Origin: Pocillopora damicornis
Lineage: Eukaryota
Assembly (NCBI RefSeq): GCF_003704095.1
Contig: NW_020845131.1
Coordinates: 124,001 to 188,000, forward strand
Reading direction: 5' to 3'
Length of the DNA: 64,000 nucleotides
Shown here: positions 1-12,589 of the stretch, piece after piece
How the letters are laid out: each line of letters opens with the position of its first letter
Numbering within the stretch: the first letter of the stretch is position 1
Position numbers and translations under genes: made by a program
Notes under the pieces: generated by a model
Told to the model about the DNA's origin: nothing
What the model saw: only the letters and a program-made list of their open reading frames with translations
Database searches by the model: none

Positions 1-139
1 GTTCAAAGAGTGCCGGACAACGCTATCCAACGGATACATCGGAATCCAGCGGATGATAGTTAACAAGATATACTGCGTCATCCATCGTATAGAGATTTAT
101 TTAGTTGATAGCGTTCTGCATCTTCGAACAACTGTGGCC
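1..139. mobile_element. Degenerate palindromic MITE, truncated by the left window edge
   Basis: Arms GTTCAAAG..AACGCTATC (1-28) and GATAGCGTT..TTCGAACAACTGTGGCC (107-139) are imperfect reverse complements, with internal TATCCA/GGAT units. Resembles an abundant coral MITE family (recollection). Confidence 0.6.
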
Positions 140-3002
140 TATTGTCTAGTTTTTTTTTTATCTAGAACCAGTTGTGAGCTCACAAGCCTCAGTGGTTTTT
201 CTTGATAATTTTCCTAGCCATTAATCTGTTTTTTCTTCACCAGTTATTGTCTTTTCATATTTAATGACAAATAAAATAAGATCAAAATATAACAAGCGAG
301 TTGACTCGTTTAGAAATAACCAGTTTGATCTCCCGTGTATGGAGGTGTTTTAGCGCACCATTTTGGTTTTCATGTCCTGTCAAAAACGCTGAGAAGAGCC
401 AGGATCGCACTTTAACCCCAAATGTCTGCTGGCGAAAATCGCGTGTGTAATTCTAGCGGGCTTTTCTTTCATTTCCGTTCCCTACTTTGATAAACAAATC
501 CCCGCATGGTTTGGTCCGTAAGGGCTGCTTCATTACCTCAAGCAAACCTGGTACTGCGCGTATTTTCCATGTCCCCGAAAGATTGTAGTAGAAACTATGC
601 GAAAGATTCTTGAATATAGTGCGGATCATTGTATTATTGTAATTGTTATTAATAATACGTAGTGAAAAATGCTGACCCTTTGCATTGAGATCGAAACTCT
701 AGAACGTGATGTAACGTGGGCGTTGTAAACATGTTACGGGCCAAGATCGCTTTGACGTGTTTAAGCTCTGGACTTCACGAAAGTCACGTCTATTGGTGCT
801 CAATGGAAGGTTGACTAAGTCAGTGTATGGAAATAGATGAAAGGGCGACTCAGTGATGACCTTAAGGAAACCAAACTTTTCAGTTTTTATAAAGCATGAA
901 CAAGTCTCTCAGGAACTTAAAGGGCGGGCATTTACGGCGATAATAAAACTTTAATTTGATTAAATCGTTTCCTGTGTTGCCATTATCAAATTGGTATATA
1001 TCTAAATATGAAAGTAGCGATTTAGAAAAATTCGCAAGCTACACGTGCTAAATCAGAGTCTTGCCAAAGTTTCTTGCAATTCGGAGGTAGTGATGCTGCG
1101 CAATACTCATAAAAACATAAACATAAAATTATTCTTTTTAGGCAAATTAGATGTACCACCAAGTCCTGGACATTTTGGAACAATATTTCCATTTGATCCT
1201 AGCTTACTGTAAATTTCCGAAAATAACGACCTTCGTTTTAGTTGCTTTAGTGGTCTTCTACTGTCCTAAATTTTAGGTATGCTTCTTTTTAGTCGCTAAA
1301 ACGTTTTTCTCAAGGGAGGTTCGGAAAAGGTTTAGATGCGGAAGTTCCCCTGTACAGCAATACTAACTGTTACTTAGGAGATCTTATTCATAATTTCTTC
1401 AGTTACATTAGGTCTTGCTTAGATATGAGCAGAGGGGTATGTATGAACGCTACAGACACAGGGGATAGCTATTTTCCTTGCTACCAGATATTAGGGGAAA
1501 TATGACCTGATGGGTCGAGTTCGTCCCATTCCTTTTATTTTTATTCATTGACCAAATATAGAACTTCCATTTTTCTTACCAACAATAGATTTACAACTTA
1601 ACTTTTAGAATCCATAAAGGAAAGCTGAAATCCTGAACTTTTCTTGAGGGTGAAGTCAAGTAGGTATCAAATTGACTTCCTTTTAAGGAATCAATAATTT
1701 TCAAAAACAATCTACCGGAACTGAGCTGAAAAACGTGGTCAAAGTTTATCTTAAGGATGTGTTGAGTGCTGCGGAAAGTCCGACGCTCGGTAAACTTTGT
1801 TTAGCACGTTTATGAACAAATTAAAAGAATTTGAAACAATCCAAGATCTTTGTAACAGAAAATGGACTCTGAGCCTAAAAGAACCTTTTTCTTTACCATT
1901 ATAGTTACTGACGGCCAACACTCATCTTTGTAAAGGACTGCGCTTTTTATGGATATGAGATTACTTCATCTTTATTCTAGGAGCAATAAATTAAACTTCT
2001 CGTTACATGTCGTTGAAACATAAGGGCGGGCAAATTTAATTTAGAAAATTACATTAACTTTAAAATTCATTTATAGCAAGGTTAGGTTATAAGCGGACAG
2101 AGACTCGAGAAGTGAGATGTTAATAATGGTGTGCGACGACAAGAATCATCTTTAATTAGGTCCGCGGAATCTGAAGTGTTAGCAGACTTGATGGCAGACT
2201 TTGTGTTACTGTTTCGACGACGTCGTCTAAAAACCGAGCATTTTGATAGGGGCGTAAGGAAAAATTCAGTTGCAGCCCATAATAAAAGAGGAAGTCTGAA
2301 ACACGATTACACATAAATGACTAGCGCCACGTCTTCTATAGTGGTCAAATCTGTCACGTGCAATATTCCACGTGTAGAAAACCGAAAATTGTTTATAGCT
2401 TGAAGGCATGAGAAGCGAAAAAATAGGGAAAGGATTAATCGAAAAAGACTGAGGACGAGGACTAACTATGGCAAATGTTATAAGGGATTATTTTGGTTTT
2501 ATCAACTGAGTTGATTATGATAAAATTACTAAGTTATAAGTTACATGATTAAATATAAGAACCCTATATTTGTATAGTTTTTGCACATCACTCGAAGTCA
2601 TTTAAAACCAAAATCAAACCGCAATGAAATTGAACACCAGAAATAGCTTTAAAATATAGCCAGTTCTAAATCAACTCTTGATGTCTTAAGAAAGCTGGAA
2701 TATCACAAATGTCTCAATTAGGCTTTTCTTTAAATAACTGGAGCTGTGCTCAGAACTTTCACCAGGTAGTGAACAACGTCAAATTTCATTTGTTCAAATT
2801 GAAGATCGTAATTTACAACAAATTTTAAAACCTTACCTCTTTTTAAAACGAGGACGTCCACCTTTTGCTCAGGAAGAAGTTTTATTCCTTAGAAAAATCC
2901 ATAAAAAAGGTGTTTTTCCTAATAGGAACGGAGGCTCCTTGTGCTCCGTAACCGTAATTTAATGATAAGTTTAAGTTACATGTAGCGCGCCTTTAAAAAC
3001 AA

Positions 3003-3011
3003 CCGGAAGTG
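3003..3011. promoter_or_regulatory. ETS/GABP-type motif CCGGAAGTG, possible promoter of a minus-strand gene leaving the window
   Basis: Exact CCGGAAGTG in a CpG-richer stretch. A strong minus-strand donor GAG|GTAAGG lies ~170 bp downstream at 2837/2836. Confidence 0.25.
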
Positions 3012-4101
3012 ATTAAGCTATAAAAAGCACAAACGACGGATGTTTCTTATATCCATCGTATATGGCGAAAATCCTAGCTTCCTGACATAATTGATTTTAA
3101 AAACTCTCTGATGATGGAAGAAAGCTAACAAAAGAAGATTAGGCCTCAATTTTCTTTTTTCTAGAAATTGGGTTCGGGCAACATTAAATGACCTCGCTAA
3201 AAAAATGGGACGTTTTCGAGATGCCGGCCTGCGGGAGGCTTCCGTTACAGCATGCATAGTTTCACGTACAGTACGGGGGGGTTCTAAATTAAATCGCTGC
3301 ACGTGCGTTTTGACCGGTCAATTGTTATGTAGAGAAGAAAACAACTTAAATTACTTTGCGTATTTAGCTAAGAGAACAAGGAGAATAGCAAGAAAAGGTG
3401 GTACTTACAACAGCAACAACAACAACAACAAACGCGATAAACAACTTATCACTATTTGGCTATTCCTGGAGATTATAGGATTAGGGTAATCTATTCCTTT
3501 TTCCGACTACAAAAACTGACGAGATCTCAGGATCTGTTTGTCTTCTTAGCCTATGCTTGACAGAGAAATTGCGGTAAATTTCGGATGAAATTTTTTTAAT
3601 AATTATTATTGTGTTTTACTTCTCAATAACAAGTTTACGTTTATTCCTAAGGGTCATAATACGATGTACGAGGGGCAAAAAGACTGTTTTTCCTACACAC
3701 CAGACATTAGATTCTCTCTATATGGTGCGAGTGACTTACGTTAAATGCAAATTTGGAGCTGACCATTCTCCTGATACAATACAATACAACGTGTATTAGG
3801 CAGATCTTATATCAACAGAAAACGAACTTTAGTGGTAGATGTGCTAGCCTCAAAAGAAGGAAAACTGTCTTTTTTAATAAGGAAGAGACTTACAAAATCT
3901 TCTGCAAAATTCACATTTCTCGCCGTCTCGTTCTTTAGTCTTGTTTATTTCATTTTGACTTCCCGTGTCACGAAGTCTCGCTTAAACCATTTAAAACACT
4001 TAGTCCTCAGGATCGCCAAAGTTTCTTCCTTTCTTTCCTGAAGGGGAACGTTACTAAGCTTGAGCAGCTAATCAACATGCGCAACAAGTGTAGAATGGTG
4101 T

Positions 4102-4170
4102 ACCAGCTTGGTTCAGTTACGCTAACCAGCTTGGTTCAGTTACGCTAACCAGCTTGGTTCAGTTACGCTA
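4102..4170. repeat. Perfect tandem repeat, 3 x 23 bp (ACCAGCTTGGTTCAGTTACGCTA)
   Basis: Identical units at 4102-4124, 4125-4147 and 4148-4170, with no spacers. Confidence 0.95.
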
Positions 4171-4395
4171 TATTTCCTATTGTTCGGCTTCAAAACTAAC
4201 TAAATCAAATCAGAAAAAAAAAAAAACAAGAGGACCCAGCAAATCACTGCCTAAATCCTGAAAACTTTTGTTATCTACGATTTCGGCGGTGAATATTTTG
4301 AGCAAAACGCCAACTTAGTAAGGTGAAAAACCAACAGAAGTTGTGTTTAACCGCTTCTGAGAGAGATTTATAAAAATGACACATTGATCTTAATG

Positions 4396-4434
<39 letters not shown>
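4396..4434. repeat. (AAT)n microsatellite
   Basis: Visible directly. It produces the poly-Leu run in spurious ORF 4271..4531. Confidence 0.95.
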
Positions 4435-5393
4435 GGACATTTATGATGCGCAAATTCCATGAAATGTTCAAATGCGCATGACAACTTGTCTTACTGACAT
4501 TCAACAACCATTTGAGTGTCATAAAATACAATGTATCGTCGCCGTAACACTACACCGGCTGTTGTTTCAAAGGAAACCTTTCATTCACGACCTTCTTTAA
4601 AAATTCACTTCCAGCTCAAAAGTTTTGAAGTAAAGAAGAGAAAACGTCGGAACTCGCCGTTACCAGGAGAATACCTCAACCCCTCTTGCTGTTACATAGC
4701 CTATGTGCTGATTTCATGAAAAGATAGTCACAGGATTTACTTTTTACTTGATCTACGGGATCTCGTATGGTTTCATTCGCTGTAACACAATGATACACGT
4801 GCACGCCACTCTACACCAATTCAAACAAAATCAAAAAATCACACTGAGATCAAGTCGATTGTCCTGATAGCTTTTATCGAAAAACTCACCATTGAGAGTT
4901 TTGACCGGCATATTAACTATTCTCTTACAAAGCTCTTTATCTTTGATCGACGTTTAAAATGCCAAAAGTAAGCGAAAGACTACCGTTGCAATCGAATAAA
5001 TACGAATCCAAAAGTGCGCCAGATTCAAAGATTTCAATCTAATGTAAGAGAATCCTAAAAGTGCACGAGAAACTAACGTAACAAGCAAATGTAAGACAAT
5101 CTCAATAAAAGTCAGCCTATGACTGCATATGCCCGGTGATATATAGTTGTAGAGCGTTGCAGTAGAAAATTAATGTGATGTAAAATGCAGAGGGGTCAAC
5201 GAACAACTCATGTCGATGCCAAGCTAAGCGTTTGACAAAAGGAGGACTTGATTGGTCATTTAACGGCCGGAGATAGGGCAGGAAATTAAAAGAATAGGTA
5301 CAAGTATTAAACGTGCATCAAACTAGTTTAAACACAAAACCTCGCCGCATCGTACGCTGTGCGTACCTGGCACTATGGATTTTTACTCCTCTC

Positions 5394-5490
5394 TAATCCT
5401 AAGGTAAGAGGTTCGAGCCCTGGCCGCGCCAACTTTATTTTTTTCTTTTAACTTTTTTCTTTTCCTTTCTTTCTCTTTTGCTTTTTCTAC
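5394..5490 (+). pseudogene. tRNA-derived fragment (3' half with B-box) followed by a T-rich tract; SINE or tRNA remnant
   Basis: TAATCCTAAGGTAAGAGGTTCGAGCCCTGGCCGCGCCA contains B-box GGTTCGAGCCC (5410-5420), followed by a pyrimidine run. No recognisable D-arm or A-box. Confidence 0.35.
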
Positions 5491-6555
5491 ATTTTTTTAA
5501 ATTTAAATTCTTCTTCCAAGGATATGTTAGACATCTTTCAGGGTAAACGCACATGTGCGAAGGTTTGACGACGTGGCTCCAACGTTCAATCAATAACAAT
5601 GTCGAAATGCAAAGGTAATGCCCTAAAAAGACAATTTAACTAAACCCGAAAAAACCGAAAATGAATCTGAAGAAACCCGATCAGAGGTCATCGACGGAAC
5701 TGAACCACGACAAATCAAAAGAAATGTTACGAGTGTTTCACGATAATCCGCCACTTTGAAAACCGCGAGGGACTTGGGGGAAGATTTACGGACTTACGGA
5801 TTTACGACGTCACAGTTTCGTTAGGAACTTACTCCATTTATGCTTTTATCAATTATTCGTTGAACTTGGACTGCCACTTAGGCCGAGAAACACGTGATTT
5901 AGTCATCTCGGAAGAAACAGCTATTTTCGTATTACTTATATGAGAAATGTAAATTCTCGATTAACAGACAATTAAATTTTACAGCTCAGTAGAAACTAAC
6001 AGACTCAAATCACTACCCATCGTCCTTGACCTATCACACAACTGCGTTGTCAGCCTGTATGACTTAGAAGTCTGAAAACGAATATGTTAAAATGTTCAAC
6101 ACACCTATCCTCCTTGAATTGCTTTTCGAAGAAGAGACAAATTCAATTTCAAAAATCCATGAGACGTTTTAGACAAATTTCAAGCCGTAAGACCCTGATT
6201 ATTAGGGTTCCTCTTCCATCTTCCCTTCCCTGCACTTTTTCCGTCAGAAAACAAAAAAAACAAACAATGAATATATTCCAGTCACGTTCAGATATAGTTC
6301 CTCCTTTTAAATTTCCATAACTCTTATCAGTATTTGTGTTTCCGGGCTGTGCCATTGCGCACTCCCTTTTTTACCCAAGTGCAAATAATTGACCAAGAAA
6401 TTTCATTTTAATTATCTAAGTTGAAAGTCAATCAAAGAAGGCACCCTCGCCTTGCGCACAAATTAGCACTCTAAGACCGAGGGTGGAATTAAATGTGCGG
6501 CACTGATAATGTGTTAGATATGAAACTGTTCTCACTTATACTTGTCACCTTACTA

Positions 6556-6926
6556 TTAAACTCTTTACGCCCTATCATCAGTATGCATATTCTCTTATTC
6601 TATTCTCTAGACAATTTCTAAGGTGCTAACAAGGATCATTTATTAGGCCTTATTTTCAAGCAGGTAATAATAATTTGTCAGGCCTTATTTTCACCACTGC
6701 TCAAGTAGTGTTCATTAATACGAAGATCGCTTTCACATTCACGTGTTTATCCGCAGTTCATATTTATGATTTTCAGATATTCTCAGTTGCTTAAGGATAA
6801 TTTGTATAACAATCAACAGCTTTGTTTGTTGGTGTTCGTTTCCTTTGTCCACGGCAACATTCTCTGTGTGATTCAGGAGTGTAAGGAGAAAAAGATGCTA
6901 GTCACCCCAGCGGGAAAAAGGGTCAA
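6556..6926. mobile_element. TTAA-flanked (piggyBac-like) MITE interrupted by a ~150-bp SINE-like insert
   Basis: Ends TTAAACTCTTT and AAAGGGTCAA are degenerate TTAA-CCCTTT inverted termini. The insert (~6642-6792) is flanked by AAGGATCATTT (6631-6641) and AAGGATAATTT (6793-6803). Confidence 0.55.
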
Positions 6927-9829
6927 TAACATGAGAATTCGGAAGTTAAAAGCCGAACGTGCGATTACATCTTTTAAGGACAACCCCAACGTTAGACACA
7001 AACTAAAGTGATAGAAATCGTCCAACACATCTTAGCAATATGGTCATGTTCCTCAACGTTTGACCGCCTGAGTTAATTTATAGCGAGGACATAGACCGAG
7101 AGAATACTTTCATATTTTATTCTTTTATTTGTAACAGTTGTCCCTGGACATTTAAAGATTATTTCCTCTCGCACGACTCAAATGAAATTTATTTGAATTT
7201 CATTCTGTTTCTTCAGAGCAATCAGAATTAATTACAGAAGACGAACAACACTGTTGTTTTCGAAATTCTTGGAAATCTCAAAGGCTGTCAACGGATATCT
7301 TATTTTATTGTGGAGTAAAACCGATCGTTTTAAACATGACGTTTGAGACTGTCAAATTAGTGATATCAGCTAACTTAAGCTAATAATGTAACTAAGGAAC
7401 AAACGGGATGGCCTGCTTGAAATTTTCTTATTCAGATGAAAATTGAGACCACGCAGTAAAGCGGAGGATCAAATTTAGTTGGTTGAATACAATCTTATTT
7501 GTTCTTTCATAGATGAGTATCATCACACGATTATTTAATTGTCTACTTCGAAGAAAGAGCTAGTCTGATCTATTCGAATTCAATCTGTAACACACTCTGC
7601 TATTAAAATTAAATTTCCTAATTACTTTCTATGAATGCGCTACTGAAATGAATCTGTCTCTTCTTTTAAAGGAAACATTTGTACCTGTACTGTATTTTGT
7701 TATATGTTTGAGTTTGAAACCATTTCAGAACACAGGTATCTCAGCCATACCAAAATAACAGATCCACTCCATTGTTCGGAATTCGTTTAAAGCAATTTTG
7801 CACAATCATGTTGCGGTTTGGGAAAGATTTGAATTGATCAAAGTACTGGCTTGACTAGCAAAAACTATTTAATCTGCAGCAGGAAAAATCAAATCTTGCG
7901 CTCTAGATAGTTTGTGAATTATCTACCTCAGCCTATAAAATAATTATCCGTATCAGTAGATAAGATTTTTGTTAACTCAAAACAGGAAGCTTATTTCAAA
8001 CGATTTCCATATTTTGACAAACCAGGAACTAACATGACAAATGTTTCTTATTTAAATCAAGTTTTTCTTTTATTTCTACAACTGGTTAACCTGACTGATA
8101 TATTACTCTTTATTCTATAGTATACACACATTTATCAATTTATTTTAAGAAAAGCGTCTTAAACAAGATTAAGGCAGTTTTATGAGAAACGTCGCCTGAA
8201 TTTCGGAGCCATAAGAAATTTAACGGATATCCCTTAATTTCTTTTTAAGCACGTGATGCAAGTTACAAATTAATTTGTGATCCGAAATGCATCGTTTGTG
8301 TTTATCCTTTATTCAAATGTGACGTTATCAGTTGGCCACGATCTTTTACTTAAAACTTTCTGATTTTCTTTGTTAAAATGATCCAGTTTTAAACCTTACA
8401 TTTCTAAAATACTGAAATTTTTTAGCATTTGAGAGGATAATTCATATCGGTCATTACAAAACGCTTTGACGCAATTACGTGATGAATCAGTTTAATACAT
8501 CTTTCACCGTTTAGGTTAGTACTGTTTGTTCGGAATATGTTTTTTTTCCGACAGGAAAACCAAACAATCTAAATTTTCATTTCACCAAAGTCTTTTTTAT
8601 TTATTCTCTTAATGGAATGAGTGTTAAATAAAATCAATTTTGGAACTGCTCATATATTTTCAAAGACGTCATTTTCCGCTTTCTTTACATATTTTTGTGA
8701 TTTTCATTTACGCAGACTTAAGTAATTATAACGCATTTGTCGTTTGGTCAGGTAATAATCGGATCAACAATGTATCCGTTTTATACATAGGAAATTGTCT
8801 ATACGTCTTCTCAGTTTTGTTTTCAAGTCTTTAGCAGACAAATGCGTGTTTTTAGAATCTCTAAACCATTTAGAATATTATGTAAAAAAGATTCGTATAT
8901 TCTGGCTCTGTCTATATACCTCTCCAACTAACTGGCAGCTAATTTTCTTAGTCTTTCATTAATAAGAGATCTTGTTTGATCTGATCTGAATGTCCATTTG
9001 TTTACTTCCTTGTGAAACAGAGGTATTTATTCACCTATTACTTAATCATTTCAGCGCTATTAGTTAAAAGGGGCAGTTATAGAAAGAGCCTTACACTGAG
9101 GAGAGATTTCATCAGACCAATAACGGCGAATCTTCTTCCGAAGGGAAAGCCATCTTTTTTTGGTAAGTAACCACACATTGATGTTTTCATAATTAAACAA
9201 ACTAGATTGTTACCTAGTTTAACTGTTCAAAAATTCTAGCTGCGTTAGGATTGCGTTAGGCAAAGGAACATGACATCCTTGCCGTCTAAGAGCCATTTTA
9301 ATATTATGGCATGGATGGCCACGCTCGGACGAGAATTCAACGTTAGTCAGACAGAGAGTGAAGAACTCCACACAAGCGAAGAAAAGAATTCTAGTTTATT
9401 TGGAAAATTTTGCTGTATTTATTACCAAGAAAAATTAATGGAAAAGGACAGCCTTGGATTGTCTTTCTGCATACGAGAGAATACCATTCAGCCCTAAATG
9501 TTAATACTTCGAAATGTACAACATTAGAGGAAAATCGCTTTTAGAAACCGCAAGCATCAATATAAGTGTAGTTTGAGTCGGGTGTCTTTCAGTTCAGTAA
9601 TAGAGGGTTATGGGGTTTTCATAGATCAAGAGTTTGATCATAAATTCTCTTCTCTATCTCCCCAAAATCAACGTGATGCTTAAAGGGTTTTGTGCCTGCG
9701 TTTACGAGGGTTTTGGCCTTGGTGACCAGCTCATATCCAGTACTAGTTTGCCCACGACTCAAACCAATGTGTACGAACGATAATCTTTGGAAAAGGGAGT
9801 TATCCTTTGTGGTATCGATGACGTGTTGA

Positions 9830-10072
9830 GAGTCCAGTTGATCGAAGGTCGGCTAACGCTAACCTAAGGTTAAATTTTAATCCAGGCTTCTTTATTCCTT
9901 TGTGCAAAGGCCTTTTAGGGATAATTTTCTCTACTATTTTTAGAGTACCCAATGATCAGATTCTACACAAAAAGAATTGTTCTGGATTATTTGGTTAAGC
10001 CTTCAGATCTGCTGATATTAGATTTCACACTAATCGTGCGTTCTCTTGACTCAGCTCTGAACAACCCAGCCC
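9830..10072. mobile_element. ~240-bp MITE with termini like element 1-139
   Basis: Left GTCCAGTTGATCGAAG and right CTCTGAACAACCCAGCCC are imperfect inverted repeats. Non-coding interior. Confidence 0.55.
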
Positions 10073-12589
10073 AGGCTCTCTCCCCTTAGAGGTTAGAGCA
10101 AGGGTCTAATGGAGTGTCAAGGTAAATGTGGTGTAAAGTAACAAGTGTATTAATCTATGACTGTCCAGGGAAAAAATGTCAAAACATCCGTTACTGTTTT
10201 CATCCCTTTCTGGCTTTTTGATAATGTCGATCGTCAAATACATTGAACTCAGCTGATAAAAACGAAACGGCAACGTTATTTTTACTAAGAGTAACCTGTA
10301 TGACTTTTTTCTTTTCGTAATTTTTCTTTAGGATGTACTTTCTTTTTCACAATTTAAATGACATCAAGTAATCAGTTTTTCTGGGAAATCAACGGCCTGC
10401 TACTCCTTTCATATTTCACTTAATTCACCAGGTGACTCCTAATGCACCACCTAAACAAGCTTGTATAGTCCACGTGAGGACTATGAGAAAGTCACAGCTG
10501 GCACAGAAAAAGTCATGTATACCAAAAGTGTTATTCAGTAGAAACTAAAACAAAAATGGTACCAGACACAAGATTGAAATCATCAATGAAGCAAAGCAAG
10601 CTGCAATTTTCCTCTTCTTCTCTTGAACCAAGAAATTATCTAAGCAAATTTTTCAGGATCTTATGAATATGCCTGAAACGCATATATTGGCTGCGAAACG
10701 AAGTTTACAAGAAATTTCAAAGGAATTAAAGGATTGAGAACGCCATTAAGCTTCCATTATAAGCCCTTTATTACAAACTTTTTTCTTCTTCTGTGTTTTG
10801 CTAAAAACAATACTATAAGATAATACATGTCGTGAATAGAAAATTAAAAGTAGTTTAATGGGCAGTGCATTGGCAAGGCTAGTGCACGAGCATTCCGTTA
10901 ATTGACATCATGTCAAAAGTGGCCCTGAGTTACTCCAAATGTGAGGAGCGCAGTTTACTTTCCTAATTGTTAAACAAATAAACTGTCAATTGAGAGTGAC
11001 AAGATAATCACCTAAATCAAAAGCAATCCATATGGGTTCAGAACTGATAGCGTGCTCATGACTAACATTCTGAGAGATAAACTGACAAAAAATTGAGGAT
11101 AAGGGATTGTTGGATGAACTTAACCCTCTGTATTCATCACCTAAAGAATTCTCTGAATAAGTTGCTCGATGAATATCACGAGCGAGAGAAATTTTAAGGA
11201 ATATTCCTTTTTATTTTTTTCCACCCAGACAATCAACATACGTGAAAGCATTCAAATGACAAAAATTTCATGCGTGTTTCCCACGAATATCTTGATTGAG
11301 TCCGGACAACTTTTTAATAGTCGCAGCAAGAAGAGGTTCTCTCCTTTCCCTTAACTGTTTTTTCTACAACATTTATGATAAAAAGCATCATATGATTTTA
11401 TTTTCACTCCTTCACAATGAAAATTCAGAACCTCTCTGTGGGGGAAAATTTACGTTTAGTTGGGTGGTGGCGCTCCAACAGCTTTCATCTACAGACTCTA
11501 AGATTACAACTATTCTTTACAGCATGATTGAAAGAAACATTTGAAAGTACTTCTCACTGAGTAGCTATCGTTTACGTCAGGTACCATAAGATCTGAGAAA
11601 CTTCTTGTAAAAGACTCTACAATAAAAAAAGAAAAAGATTGAAAAGTCCTATGGATTTTCAGCATCATTTCCCCCTTCCAACGAGAGGATATGGATTTAA
11701 TGTGGCCGCGAACACTGATCCGGTCATCGCCTATGACCTTTATTGAAAAGGGGCAAAGAAGTATTGTATTGAAGGACTTAAGAGACCTCGATTCTTGTTC
11801 ATCAATTTCCTTTTGTCTGGGGCCAATGGCCTCAAAAGGATGCTGAATAGAGTGTAAATATGCATTTACGAATTTCAAATTTCGTCAGTTTTACAAAATG
11901 AAATTTACGACAAATTAATAGTTTAAATGAACCGGTAATATTCACAAAAATCTCTCGAATTGAAAAAGCAAAAAAAGTCTTTAAATTTATAGCTCGAAAG
12001 TGAAGTAGTTTCTTCAAATAATAGTTAAAAGAGATGTGTTTACAGACTTAGACAATTGTGTTAGCACGATAAAACTAAAGAGGATAGCATAAATTAAGCT
12101 GTAATGACTACATTGTTAGACTGCCAACAATTCAAACGACAAGATCAGAATTGATAAACCATCTTAACTAAACAGATATTGATATGTTTGGAAAATGGAA
12201 CACTAGATGTTGAATTTCAAAATCAGCTTTGTCAATCCAGCTGTGGACTACCCCGTTCATAACGCTTTCAGTTTAACATAAGCAAATGTTCATCAATGAA
12301 TAGACAGCAAATTCGATTGTCGATAATGGAGGGTAAATTGAAATTTCACGCACACTTAAAGATGGAAAAAAACATAAAAGCGGAATCTTTCTTTCACTGA
12401 GATCTTTAACTGACGGTTATTTCGTCAACAATAGAGTGTATGTGCAGAGATTTAAAAACAGCAACCAGTTGTGTTTTTCAAGGAAAAACACAGATTGTTT
12501 TTGCTTCATGTTTTATTCAAACAAAAGGCGTCAGCACAAATACAAAGAACAATAGTTTGCGAGCAATCGAGAGAATTCGAGACAAATAA

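Noticed and set aside
4102-4170. CRISPR-like repeat array
   Set aside because: The units are directly adjacent with no spacers, there are no cas genes, and the context is eukaryotic.
5394-5431. Intact tRNA gene
   Set aside because: Only a B-box/T-arm-like half is present; no cloverleaf can be built.
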